Shown here one piece after another: positions 1-8,533 of a DNA stretch of 64,000 bases; position 1 is the stretch's first letter; each line of letters begins with the position of its first letter. Source of the stretch: Sedimentisphaeraceae bacterium JB056. GTDB taxonomy: Bacteria > Planctomycetota > Phycisphaerae > Sedimentisphaerales > Sedimentisphaeraceae. The notes below the pieces were generated by a model, which was not told where the DNA came from, searched no databases, and worked only from the letters and a program-made list of their open reading frames with translations. The DNA is taken from assembly GCA_044440125.1 (NCBI GenBank), contig JBITAJ010000012.1, forward strand, positions 128,001 through 192,000. The letters are read 5' to 3'. The position numbers and the translations under genes are program-made.

Positions 1-581
1 CCGATCAGGTGTTGAAGCTTGTTGACAAGGATGATGTTTGCATATTCGCAGGAAGCATACCTGAAGGTAATTTCAGTGATGACATTGTGTCTTTATTCTG
101 GGATTGCCGTCAAAAGGAGGCGATGATTATTCTCGACAGTTCTGGAAGTATGTTCAACCGGCTGGTTGAAACCGGTCAGGTTTCTGTGATCGCTCCCAAT
201 ACTCAGGAACTTGAGGAGCTTATAGACAGCAATGTGAAAGAGGAGCCTTCGGCGATAGCGCGAGCCGGTAAGAAACTTCTCGATAAAGTTGATATGATAC
301 TTGTAAGCATGGGAGCATTGGGGTCGGTGCTTGTAAATAAGGAAGGCTACTGGCATACTGAGCTTGTCGGTGTTCCAATGCCTGTTAAAAAGACTGTTGG
401 CTGCGGCGACAATCTACTCGGCGGTTTTGTTTCCGGGCTTCACGAAGACAGCGATCCGGGCTATGCTTTGGAAAAGGCCGTAAGAATTGCCACAGGATTT
501 GCATACGGTCTTTGCGATACTCATGAATTCTGGGAGCTTGAGGAAAAGGTTCACACCGAAACTTCCTTTTATAAATTTTAA
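1..581 (+). CDS. PfkB/ribokinase-family sugar kinase (1-phosphofructokinase-like), 5'-truncated by window edge
   Basis: Motifs AGSIP, ILDSSG, PNTQEL, VSMGALG and C-terminal TVGCGD (PfkB GxGD anion hole). Confidence 0.85.
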   Translation, partial: DQVLKLVDKDDVCIFAGSIPEGNFSDDIVSLFWDCRQKEAMIILDSSGSMFNRLVETGQVSVIAPNTQELEELIDSNVKEEPSAIARAGKKLLDKVDMILVSMGALGSVLVNKEGYWHTELVGVPMPVKKTVGCGDNLLGGFVSGLHEDSDPGYALEKAVRIATGFAYGLCDTHEFWELEEKVHTETSFYKF

Positions 582-592
582 GATTTTACAGA

Positions 593-1393
593 ATGCGTAT
601 AATGATAAACTTTTTAAGACAATTGATTGCTCTGCCTCTGGTGGTTCTAAGAGATTTGCTTTCCATTATTCCGATATACAATAAATTGGAAGTGATGCGG
701 TGGATATGCATAGTTACCGATCAGGCAGATGATGCGCTCGCTTATATTTCCGGTCTTGTCAATGCGTACGGCGTTGAACAGTTCAAGGAGCCGGCTTTTG
801 AGCAGATGAAGAAATACAAGGATGCCCGTTTTGCGTTGGCTTTGGGAATGGGCTATTATAATTCCAATAAACTTGATTCTGCAAAAGAATGCGTTGATAT
901 TGCCGAGCAGTGCGGCTGCAAAAATCTACATGAGCTTTTGATGCTGAAGTTTTTGCTTGCCGGCAATTCAGACAAAAATACCAAAGAACAAATCATTGAG
1001 CAGATTATAAACTCAACGAATCTTGGTGCTGAATGCTCGCAGTTTGCCTGGACATTCAAATGCTGGTCGCTTCTGGAAAATCGCAAATTTGAAGAGGCTT
1101 CGGTTGTTGCCGACAGGATTCTTGAGATACAGGAAAACGCAATCGCTATCCTTGTGAAATGGGCTACGACCTTCGAGCGAAATCCGATAGCTGCCAGAGA
1201 TTATTTTGATAAGGCAAAGGCTGCCTGGAAGTTTCCGCATTTTGAGGCATCAGTTGCTCAGGGGTGGTTTCTTCTCGGTAATATGGAGGCGGCGGTTGAG
1301 TATCTGCGGATTGCCCAGCGTGATGGATTCCGACCCGATAGCGATGATGCTATTTTCGAAGAGATAATGAACAGCGAAGAATATAAGAAGTAG
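593..1393 (+). CDS. Hypothetical helical-repeat (TPR-like) protein
   Basis: 266 aa ORF, Ala/Leu/Tyr helical pattern (LGMGYYNSNKLDSAKECV, AQGWFLLGNMEAAVEYL). Confidence 0.55.
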   Translation: MRIMINFLRQLIALPLVVLRDLLSIIPIYNKLEVMRWICIVTDQADDALAYISGLVNAYGVEQFKEPAFEQMKKYKDARFALALGMGYYNSNKLDSAKECVDIAEQCGCKNLHELLMLKFLLAGNSDKNTKEQIIEQIINSTNLGAECSQFAWTFKCWSLLENRKFEEASVVADRILEIQENAIAILVKWATTFERNPIAARDYFDKAKAAWKFPHFEASVAQGWFLLGNMEAAVEYLRIAQRDGFRPDSDDAIFEEIMNSEEYKK

Positions 1394-1423
1394 TTTGGGC
1401 AAAGCCTGCTTAGGAGATGACAT

Positions 1424-2455
1424 ATGAAAGCGATGAAACTTACAGGTATCAGGCAGATAGAGATGATGGATGTGCCTGATGTTGAGATAAAGAATGATAC
1501 GGATGTATTGGTGCAGCTCAAAGCGGTTGGCGTTTGCGGTTCGGATGTGCATTATTATAATACCGGCAGGATAGGTTCGCAGGTTGTGGAGTTTCCGTTT
1601 GCTGTCGGTCATGAGTGCGCTGGTGTTGTGGCAGGCGTTGGAAGCAAAGTAACAGGGCTTAAGGCTGGCGACAGGATTGCTGTTGATCCTGCGGTGAGCT
1701 GCTGGGAATGCGATCAGTGCAAATCGGGAAGGCATCACACTTGCCGTAAGCTCTTGTTTTTGGGATGTCCCGGGCAGATTGAAGGGTGCCTCAGCGAGTA
1801 TATCGTGATGCCGCAGGAGAGCTGTTACAAGATTAAGGATTCGATGAGCTTTCAGCAGGCGGCGATTTCTGAACCGCTGGCGATTGGTGTTTACGCGGTG
1901 AAGAAATCTATACCGATGCAGGATGCGAAGATTGGTATTCTGGGAAGCGGGCCGATTGGACTTAGCGTGCTGCTGCCGGCGAAGATGCAGGGCGTGGGGA
2001 AGGTTTATGTGACCGATAAGATTGATTCTCGGCTGGATGTGGCGAAAAAATGCGGGGCTGATTGGTGCGGTAATCCCGACAGCAGCGATATCGTGGCTGA
2101 TATCACGGCCAAAGAGCCGCTGCTTCTTGATGTGGTATTTGAATGCTGCGGACAGCAGGATGCACTTGATCAGGCGATAGAGCTTTTGAAGCCGGGCGGC
2201 AAGCTCATTATGATCGGGATTCCGGAGGTTGACAGGGTATCTTTCTCGATAGACAAGCTTAGACGCAAGGAGATCTGTATACAGAATATAAGAAGGCAGG
2301 TTGGCTGCGTGCAGGATGCTCTGGATATGATAGACAACGGTCTGGATGTGGATATGATGGCGACTCACCATTTTACCTTCGAACAGACAAAAGATGCATT
2401 CGATTTAGTAGCCGCATATAAAGACGGCGTAGTGAAAGCAATGATTGAGTTTTAA
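1424..2455 (+). CDS. Zinc-dependent medium-chain alcohol dehydrogenase (sorbitol/L-iditol dehydrogenase-like)
   Basis: GVCGSD, GHECAG, structural Zn CxxCxxCx7C, GSGPIG; RBS AGGAG. Confidence 0.9.
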   Translation: MKAMKLTGIRQIEMMDVPDVEIKNDTDVLVQLKAVGVCGSDVHYYNTGRIGSQVVEFPFAVGHECAGVVAGVGSKVTGLKAGDRIAVDPAVSCWECDQCKSGRHHTCRKLLFLGCPGQIEGCLSEYIVMPQESCYKIKDSMSFQQAAISEPLAIGVYAVKKSIPMQDAKIGILGSGPIGLSVLLPAKMQGVGKVYVTDKIDSRLDVAKKCGADWCGNPDSSDIVADITAKEPLLLDVVFECCGQQDALDQAIELLKPGGKLIMIGIPEVDRVSFSIDKLRRKEICIQNIRRQVGCVQDALDMIDNGLDVDMMATHHFTFEQTKDAFDLVAAYKDGVVKAMIEF

Positions 2456-2482
2456 AAGAGGATATTTTGACGAGGAGTTGAT

Positions 2483-2623
2483 ATGAAGATTTTAATCAAT
2501 ATTGGTTTTGGTCTGTTTGTCTTTTTATTTTTACTTGGTCTTGGCAATTCAAAGCTGTTAACTCCCGCAAGTATTTTGGGTGGAAGCTCACTGATTGCAT
2601 TGGCTATACATAATAAGAAGTGA
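2483..2623 (+). CDS. Small hydrophobic protein, 46 aa (not in ORF track)
   Basis: GAGGAG RBS then ATG; MKILINIGFGLFVFLFLLGLGNSKLLTPASILGGSSLIALAIHNKK, two hydrophobic stretches. Confidence 0.5.
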   Translation: MKILINIGFGLFVFLFLLGLGNSKLLTPASILGGSSLIALAIHNKK

Positions 2624-2647
2624 TAAGTGAAAGATATGTATTTTAAC

Positions 2648-2829
2648 GCCCCGAAAGGGGCATAACAATATAGGCATGGGTATCGCCCATGTTTTGGTTT
2701 TGAAGATGATGTCCTTCTCTCTCCTGCCCTTGTCCGCCGCCGGCGGACAAGGGCAGGAGAGAGGATTATGTGGTGGTGCTTGAATCCTACGGCGTTGCCG
2801 TAGGCTATGTTGTTTTTGCCTTACAGGCA
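2648..2829. repeat. REP/REPIN-like nested inverted-repeat element
   Basis: Left arm gccccgaaaggggc-ataacaatatag-gcatgggtatcgcccatg; inverted right arm cctacggcgttgccgtagg-ctatgttgtttt-tgccttacaggca; central perfect 22-bp hairpin at 2717-2763. Confidence 0.75.
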
Positions 2830-2856
2830 AAGTGATTGTTTTATATTTATAAATGA

Positions 2857-3936
2857 ATGATATTTATTAAGGTTTTGGAGAAAGAAGTGAAATTTTCCGC
2901 AAAGTGTTTTTTGTTACTGCTATTTTGTCCAGTATTGTTTGGTGCTGATACTGCATCTGATACACAAAAGAACGATGATTCCGATTCGAAGAAAACCGCA
3001 GTTGTTGCCGATGACCATCAATCCTGGGAAGAGGGAAGGGTTCATGTTGAGGGGACTCATGTATCAATAGTACCACCTGAAGGGTTTGAAGTTACAGACG
3101 GCTTTAAAGGTTTCGTGATGCGTGAAAAAACAGCGTCAATAGTTGTTATTGAAATGACTGAATCATATTCAAAGTTTGTAGAAGAGTTTAAAAAAGAAAG
3201 TTTGGAGAATAGAAGTTTCCATTTAATAAGCCAACAAAATGTTAAAATAGATGGTAAGGAAGCTTTGCTTTTCAAGCTTGAGCAAGAAATTGATGAGATT
3301 GTATACAATAAGCATGTTTTGATATATGGAACAGAGACTATTATATCAATGGTTTGTGCTATATACCCAGCTAAATATGAAGGTTCGTTTTCGGAGTTGA
3401 TGAAGGAAAGTATTCTAACTGTACGGTATTATGAGCTATCCGAGGAAGAGGCTGAGCAGTCTATATCATTTTCCATCAGAGAATATGATGATTTCAAGGT
3501 TGTATCTGAAATGTCTGATACAATAGCTTACTCTATTAATGGTGAGGCGGCAGAGGCTTCTGATGAGCCAGTATTTCTTGCGTCAAAATCCTTATCAATT
3601 GATATTTCTCTTACTCTTGATGACAGAAAGCCGTTTGCAATAAAGAGGCTGAAACTGCTTAAACATCTTGATAATATTGTTGTTATATCGAGCTCGCCGA
3701 TAACAGTAGATGGGCTTAGTGGGTATAAAATCATGGCGAAAGGCAAGAGTATTGATGATTCATTACCGATTTCGGTCTATTTTGTAATGCTTTTTGATGA
3801 TGATTGCTATTACGCTATGGTAGGAGAGGTTGGGTCAAGTCTTCGAGGTAAATATTTTCCATCTTTTAAAAGAATGATTCGGTCTTTTAAGGTGAAGAGT
3901 GACGAGACATCTTCTCAACGTTCTGGCCGCAGATGA
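2857..3936 (+). CDS. Secreted hypothetical protein (probable start GTG 2887), two internally similar alpha/beta halves
   Basis: Signal-peptide-like CFLLLLFCPVLFG; paired motifs KIDGKEA/TVDGLSG and SILTVR/MIRSFK. Confidence 0.55.
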   Translation: MIFIKVLEKEVKFSAKCFLLLLFCPVLFGADTASDTQKNDDSDSKKTAVVADDHQSWEEGRVHVEGTHVSIVPPEGFEVTDGFKGFVMREKTASIVVIEMTESYSKFVEEFKKESLENRSFHLISQQNVKIDGKEALLFKLEQEIDEIVYNKHVLIYGTETIISMVCAIYPAKYEGSFSELMKESILTVRYYELSEEEAEQSISFSIREYDDFKVVSEMSDTIAYSINGEAAEASDEPVFLASKSLSIDISLTLDDRKPFAIKRLKLLKHLDNIVVISSSPITVDGLSGYKIMAKGKSIDDSLPISVYFVMLFDDDCYYAMVGEVGSSLRGKYFPSFKRMIRSFKVKSDETSSQRSGRR

Positions 3937-3974
3937 TTGTGTTTAATTCTAACTCAAGAGTGACAGATGTTTTT

Positions 3975-4829
3975 TCAGCCCTGGCAGAGGTGAGCTAACT
4001 CGCAGTTTTTGCAGTAGTCGCAGCTTGTGCCGTTGCAGCTTTCCACTATGCCGACACGGCTAAGACAGAAGTCGTATCTTACCGGATCTTCGGGGCATAT
4101 CTCGGCGAATCTTCGGGTTACTTCTACTGCGGTTTTCAAGTTGACGGTTTTCTTGTTGTGGAAACCGATGATGCGAGAAAGACGCGCGAGGTGAGTATCC
4201 ATAGGCACGATAAGCTTCGAGGCAGGAATGCTTTTCCAAACGCCCGGGTCGACTTCGTCGTCTCTCACCATCCAGCGGAGGAACATATTGAGCCGTTTGC
4301 ATGGACTGCCGCCGCTTGGTGAGCTGAGCAGATATTTTACCGCTTTCGATTGCGGCAGGAGCGGGTTGGCATCTATGTGCTTGAATAGAAAATCGCAGAA
4401 GCCGCCGAGTGCTGGCAATACGTTTTCATCATCGGGGCTATATGAGGCGAGCAGACAGTTTTCGATTGTGCCGTACTTTTTCAACATATCTTTCATTGCT
4501 TCGATCAGCAGGATGATGTCGTGCTCATCATTGAAGCGGTGTTTGAAACCGGTCAGCAGTTTACGGTCTTTCTTTTTGAAATTGATAACGAACTCTCGCG
4601 GCGAGTCTCCCATTACGCCGAGCAGTTTTCTTACCGATGCCTGTATCTGAGCAACGCGGCCGTAAGCCAGTGATGTTGCAAGAAGTCCGACCACTTCACG
4701 GTCAGCCGTTGTGTCGTAATCAAAAACGAACATAAGCGGGTCGCTGCCGATATACTCACTGCGATTGTATTTCAAATATAAAGCTTCAAGCTGATCTTTT
4801 AGGTTTTTCATAATGTTTTTGTCTGACAT
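3975..4829 (-). CDS. TIGR02757/DUF2400 family protein (HhH-GPD-like)
   Basis: SDPL, LAYGRV, SPCKRLNMFLRWMVR, VDPGVW, PMDTH, PEDPVRYDF. Confidence 0.88.
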   Translation of the reverse strand: MSDKNIMKNLKDQLEALYLKYNRSEYIGSDPLMFVFDYDTTADREVVGLLATSLAYGRVAQIQASVRKLLGVMGDSPREFVINFKKKDRKLLTGFKHRFNDEHDIILLIEAMKDMLKKYGTIENCLLASYSPDDENVLPALGGFCDFLFKHIDANPLLPQSKAVKYLLSSPSGGSPCKRLNMFLRWMVRDDEVDPGVWKSIPASKLIVPMDTHLARLSRIIGFHNKKTVNLKTAVEVTRRFAEICPEDPVRYDFCLSRVGIVESCNGTSCDYCKNCELAHLCQG

Positions 4830-4856
4830 GTCTGACTCCTCGGACGAGTCGGACGT
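4821..4856. repeat. Tandem 9-mer repeats (GTCnGACnn)
   Basis: gtctgacat gtctgactc ctcggacga gtcggacgt. Confidence 0.7.
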
Positions 4857-4858
4857 GG

Positions 4859-5456
4859 TTACTCTTTTCGTTTTGCGTATTTTCTCTTATTATACAGTCT
4901 TTCAGTAAAACCGCCAGTGTTCATAAAATCTTCTTCAAGACGTTTGATCTGTTTGCCGAGCAGGTAGCTTGCCTGATTAATTAGACACAGTATCGCATTT
5001 GCGGCAATTTCCGGCTGGCATACTTTTATGAATTCACACAAATCATTCAAGCCTGTTAGTTGAGGTTTGTTATCGTTTCTGGAAGGAAGGTTTATTTTAT
5101 CTTCTTGCAGTCGTTTTCTCATTGTTTGAGATTTCAAATCATCCTTATCCCATATACAGAAATTTCGTTGTCGCAGAAAATCTTCATAGTCAAGAAGCAG
5201 CTCTTCAAGACTTGCCCTTGCAACGTTGGTCAGTGTAATTTCTATTTTTTTTGCTTGTTGCACTTGCCGCACTTCCTTCTGCTATATTCTGAACTCCGCT
5301 TCGTGCTGCCTGCACCATCTGGTCAGTCATTCTTCTTTCAGTTATGAATCTGTTACAGAATACAACCGTAGCGTCATAACAAACTCGTGCAATTTGAAAG
5401 CTTCTAAGTTTTCTGTAGCCGCCATGCGGAAATACCACTCTTTCATTCTTCTCCAT
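4859..5456 (-). pseudogene. Four-helix-bundle suffix-domain protein (TIGR02436/TIGR04258-like), split by one extra A in an A8 run
   Basis: N-part GGYRKLRSF...DQMVQAARSGVQNIAEGS...ATSKK and C-part LTNVARASLEELLLDYEDFLRQR...GGFTERLY lie in different frames; T8 at 5245-5252; A7 would restore SKK-IEITLTNV. Confidence 0.85.
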
Positions 5457-5660
5457 CTCAACCTCCGTTAAAAAAAGTCCGACTTGTCAGATATGTCAGA
5501 CAGGTCGGAGAATAGTTTTTTATTTCTCCAATGGTTAATGTTGTGGTGATTTTAGATTGAGTTTCCTTGTCCTTCTCCATTTAAAACCTTCCTCAAAAAA
5601 AGTCCGACTTGTCATTTAAGTCTGACAAGTCGGATGATAGATTTTTATTTTCCAAATGGT
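5448..5660. repeat. Imperfect direct duplication (~88 bp, copies 5448-5535 and 5572-5660), each with GTCnGAC 9-mer repeats
   Basis: Identical 20-mer aaaaaaagtccgacttgtca at 5470-5489 and 5595-5614; shared cttctccat and cca(a)atggt ends. Confidence 0.8.
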
Positions 5661-6805
5661 GAGAGTTCTCGCAGCCTTGTAATAATCGGCGGCATCTCCT
5701 TTATCACTTTGTCTACTTCTGCCTCTGTTGTGTACATGCTTAGGCTGAATCTGATTGAGCCGTGCGCTGCCGTGAACGGTACGCCCATTGCCCTGAGCAC
5801 ATGGCTTGGCTCAAGCGAGCCGCTGGTGCATGCGCTGCCGCTGCTTGCGCAGATTCCGAAGCGATCGAGCATGAGCAGGATTGCTTCACCTTCGATAAAC
5901 TCAAAGCTGATATTGGCTGTGTTGGGCAGGCGGTTGTCAGGGTCGCCGTTGAGCATTGCATTCGGGCAACTGGTCATGAGGGCTTGCTGAAGCTTGTCGC
6001 GAAGTGCCTTGACCTTGGTGTTTTCCAGTTCAATGTGCTGCTTTGCCAGTTCGCACGCTTTGCCAAGTCCGATGATGGCGGGGGCGTTCTCAGTGCCGGC
6101 GCGTCGTCCGCCTTCCTGATGTCCACCGGTCATGTACGGATGAAGCATTGTGCCTTTTCGAATATAAAGTACGCCGATTCCTTTTGGAGCGTGAAGTTTG
6201 TGGCCGGATATACTGAGAAGGTCAATATTGCTGCCCTCAAGGCTTATTGGAATTTTGCCCACAGCCTGCACGGCATCGGTATGGAAAGTGGCTCCATTTT
6301 CCTTTGACAGTCTGGCAACCTCATCGATTGGAAAGATTGTTCCCGTTTCGTTGTTGGCCCACATCATCGTTACAAGTGCTGTCTCTTCATCGATGGCGTC
6401 TTTGAACTCGTCCATATCAAGACGACCGTTTTCATCAACACCTATTTCTACGACTTGGTATCCGTGGGGAGCCATTGCCCTGCACGTAGTAAGTACTGCC
6501 GGGTGTTCAACTCGTGTGGTTATCAGTTTGCGTTTAGCGGGGTTGGCCGATAATGTGCCTTTGATGGCCCAGTTGTCGCTTTCGGTGCCGCCGCTTGTGA
6601 AGAAAATCTCCGAAGGGTCGCAGTTAAGCAGTGCTGCTACTTTTTCACGCGCATTGCGAAGCTTGGTGCTTACCTGCCCGCCGAAATTGTGCATGCTTGA
6701 GGCGTTGCCGTAAAATTCGCCGAAGTACGGCATCATTTCTTCTATAACTTCATCGGCAACCCTTGTAGTTGCATTATTGTCGAGATAAATCGTGTCCATT
6801 GGCAT
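5645..6805 (-). CDS. nifS: Cysteine desulfurase NifS/IscS
   Basis: YLDNNATT, FTSGGTESDN, HTDAVQ, SGHKLHAPKG (PLP Lys), SSGSACTSGSLEPSHVL; adjacent to nifU. Confidence 0.93.
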   Translation of the reverse strand: MPMDTIYLDNNATTRVADEVIEEMMPYFGEFYGNASSMHNFGGQVSTKLRNAREKVAALLNCDPSEIFFTSGGTESDNWAIKGTLSANPAKRKLITTRVEHPAVLTTCRAMAPHGYQVVEIGVDENGRLDMDEFKDAIDEETALVTMMWANNETGTIFPIDEVARLSKENGATFHTDAVQAVGKIPISLEGSNIDLLSISGHKLHAPKGIGVLYIRKGTMLHPYMTGGHQEGGRRAGTENAPAIIGLGKACELAKQHIELENTKVKALRDKLQQALMTSCPNAMLNGDPDNRLPNTANISFEFIEGEAILLMLDRFGICASSGSACTSGSLEPSHVLRAMGVPFTAAHGSIRFSLSMYTTEAEVDKVIKEMPPIITRLRELSPFGK

Positions 6806-6840
6806 TTCTCTCTTTCTTTATGCCGCTTTTGCGATATAAA

Positions 6841-7689
6841 TTATTTCTCCTCGGTTACAGTGATCTTGTCACTTACGTATTCCCTGAGCTTTGCCTGGAC
6901 GACATCTCTGAGTGTAAGTTCTGCCATCTTGCAGTTGGCACACATCCCGCGGAATGCAACCACTACCTCGTCACCGATTATATCTATGAGATCGATGTCG
7001 CCGCCGTCGGCCTTAAGTGCCGGACGAACCTGCTCATCGATAACTTCCTGTATGAGCTGTATTTTCTGTATATTGGTGAGTTTTGCCGGACGTTTTACAA
7101 CCGGTTTGTGCTCAACCTTGGCTTTTTCGCCCTGAACCTGCTCGATTATTTTTTCAATTTCATGGAAACATCCGCCGCAGCCGCCGCCGGCCTTGCAGTA
7201 GTTGGTTACTTCCTCTACTGTTGTCAGGTCGTTTTCACGTACAACGGTTTCGATTTCCTTGTCTGTGAGGCCAAAGCACTTGCAAACAACTTCGCCTTCA
7301 AGCTTATGTACGGTTGTAGAACCTGTGCGGTAATTCTCAATCGCGGCTTCGAGTGCCTCTTTACCCATTACTGAGCAGTGCATTTTCTGGTCCGGCAGGC
7401 CGCCAAGGAAATCCGCGATGTCCTTATTATTTACTTTTTCAGCTTCTTCAAGAGTCATTCCCTTGATCATTTCAGTCAGTGCGGAGCTTGATGCGATGGC
7501 TGAGGCACATCCGAATGTCTGGAATTTGACATCTTCGATACGTTTGTCGGCATCAAGTTTGAATGTCAGTTTGAGTGCGTCGCCGCAAGCCAGCGACCCA
7601 ACTTCCCCGACACCGTCAGGGTCTTTAACTTCGCCAACATTTCGAGGGTTGATGAAGTGATCTTTAACTTTCTCTGTATAATCCCACAT
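6841..7689 (-). CDS. nifU: Fe-S cluster assembly scaffold NifU (IscU + BFD-like + Nfu domains)
   Basis: MWDYTEKVKDHFINPRNVG, ACGD, FGCASAIAS, KMHCSVMG, VCKCFG, GGGCGGC, DGGD, GMCANC. Confidence 0.93.
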   Translation of the reverse strand: MWDYTEKVKDHFINPRNVGEVKDPDGVGEVGSLACGDALKLTFKLDADKRIEDVKFQTFGCASAIASSSALTEMIKGMTLEEAEKVNNKDIADFLGGLPDQKMHCSVMGKEALEAAIENYRTGSTTVHKLEGEVVCKCFGLTDKEIETVVRENDLTTVEEVTNYCKAGGGCGGCFHEIEKIIEQVQGEKAKVEHKPVVKRPAKLTNIQKIQLIQEVIDEQVRPALKADGGDIDLIDIIGDEVVVAFRGMCANCKMAELTLRDVVQAKLREYVSDKITVTEEK

Positions 7690-7845
7690 AAAATTCCTCG
7701 CTTTCAATTAAGCGGTTATTTCAAAAGTATTTAACTCGCCAATAAGGCTACTACAAATTACTACTCACATTATAAGGATTTTGTTTGCCGGTAAAAGGCT
7801 AAAATCTACATCAGTTGTGTTGAGATCGTACCGAAAAGAAAATAC

Positions 7846-7874
7846 TTGACATTTTTTTATGATGTTGTTAGTAT
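7846..7874 (+). promoter_or_regulatory. Sigma70-type promoter for tetR
   Basis: TTGACA (7846-7851), 17-nt spacer, extended -10 TG-t-TAGTAT (7866-7874). Confidence 0.65.
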
Positions 7875-7882
7875 TTACTTAC
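7867..7882. promoter_or_regulatory. Putative TetR operator 1
   Basis: GTTAGTATTTACTTAC, 14/16 match to the perfect palindrome at 8483; overlaps the -10 box. Confidence 0.65.
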
Positions 7883-7903
7883 AGTTTATTTGTGAGGATA
7901 ATT

Positions 7904-8482
7904 ATGGGTAATACCAAAGAACAAAAACGTGAAAATTTACTTCCGCTGCTTTCGGCAAAATTTGCAGAGGTTGGATTCAGGCGGGCAACAACCGCACAAT
8001 TAGCAAAATCATGCGGTGTTCAGGAGACAATTCTGTATAGGCTCTGGCCGGGCAAAAAAGAAATGTTTGTAGACTCAATAGATTATATAACAGAGAACTT
8101 GATATCTGTCTGGCAAAATGAGGCAGGTAAGTATCAATCACTGGCAGAATCACTGAAAAACCTGCTTAATTATGAATCAGAGCACTTTGGAGAGCTTGGA
8201 AATTACATAATAATCTTCTCCGGACTCAATGACGCTGACGATCCTGATATAAAAGGAGCACTGAGCAGGATGTATTTCAGGATACATTCTTTTCTTGTAG
8301 AACTTATCACTAAATACAGGGTTGCGGCGGGTAAGAGTGATAATATTGATGTCGCAATGCAGGTCTGGTCGCTTATCGGTCTTGGCACAATGATAACCAT
8401 TACAAAACGTCTTGGGCTGCTTAGTGACGCTGACAGACAGCGGCTTATGAATCAGATGGGCGGCTTTATGCTTGGTCTTTAA
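7904..8482 (+). CDS. TetR/AcrR family transcriptional regulator
   Basis: FAEVGFRRATTAQLAKSCGVQETILYRLWPGKKEMF HTH; RBS GAGGA before ATG 7904. Confidence 0.9.
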   Translation: MGNTKEQKRENLLPLLSAKFAEVGFRRATTAQLAKSCGVQETILYRLWPGKKEMFVDSIDYITENLISVWQNEAGKYQSLAESLKNLLNYESEHFGELGNYIIIFSGLNDADDPDIKGALSRMYFRIHSFLVELITKYRVAAGKSDNIDVAMQVWSLIGLGTMITITKRLGLLSDADRQRLMNQMGGFMLGL

Positions 8483-8498
8483 GTTAGTATATACTAAC
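8483..8498. promoter_or_regulatory. Putative TetR operator 2
   Basis: Perfect 16-bp palindrome GTTAGTATATACTAAC between tetR stop and UbiA gene. Confidence 0.7.
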
Positions 8499-8533
8499 AA
8501 TATGTAGCGTTAGGTTTATTGAGGAATTGAGAT

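Noticed and set aside
1250..2371. 373-aa minus-strand ORF
   Set aside because: Antisense to a clear zinc alcohol dehydrogenase; no recognisable motifs.
5448..5660. Possible mini CRISPR array
   Set aside because: Only two long imperfect copies, wrong repeat/spacer geometry, no cas genes.
5645..7689. Nitrogen fixation cluster
   Set aside because: Only nifS/nifU, which serve as a general Fe-S assembly system in many anaerobes; no nifHDK in the window.
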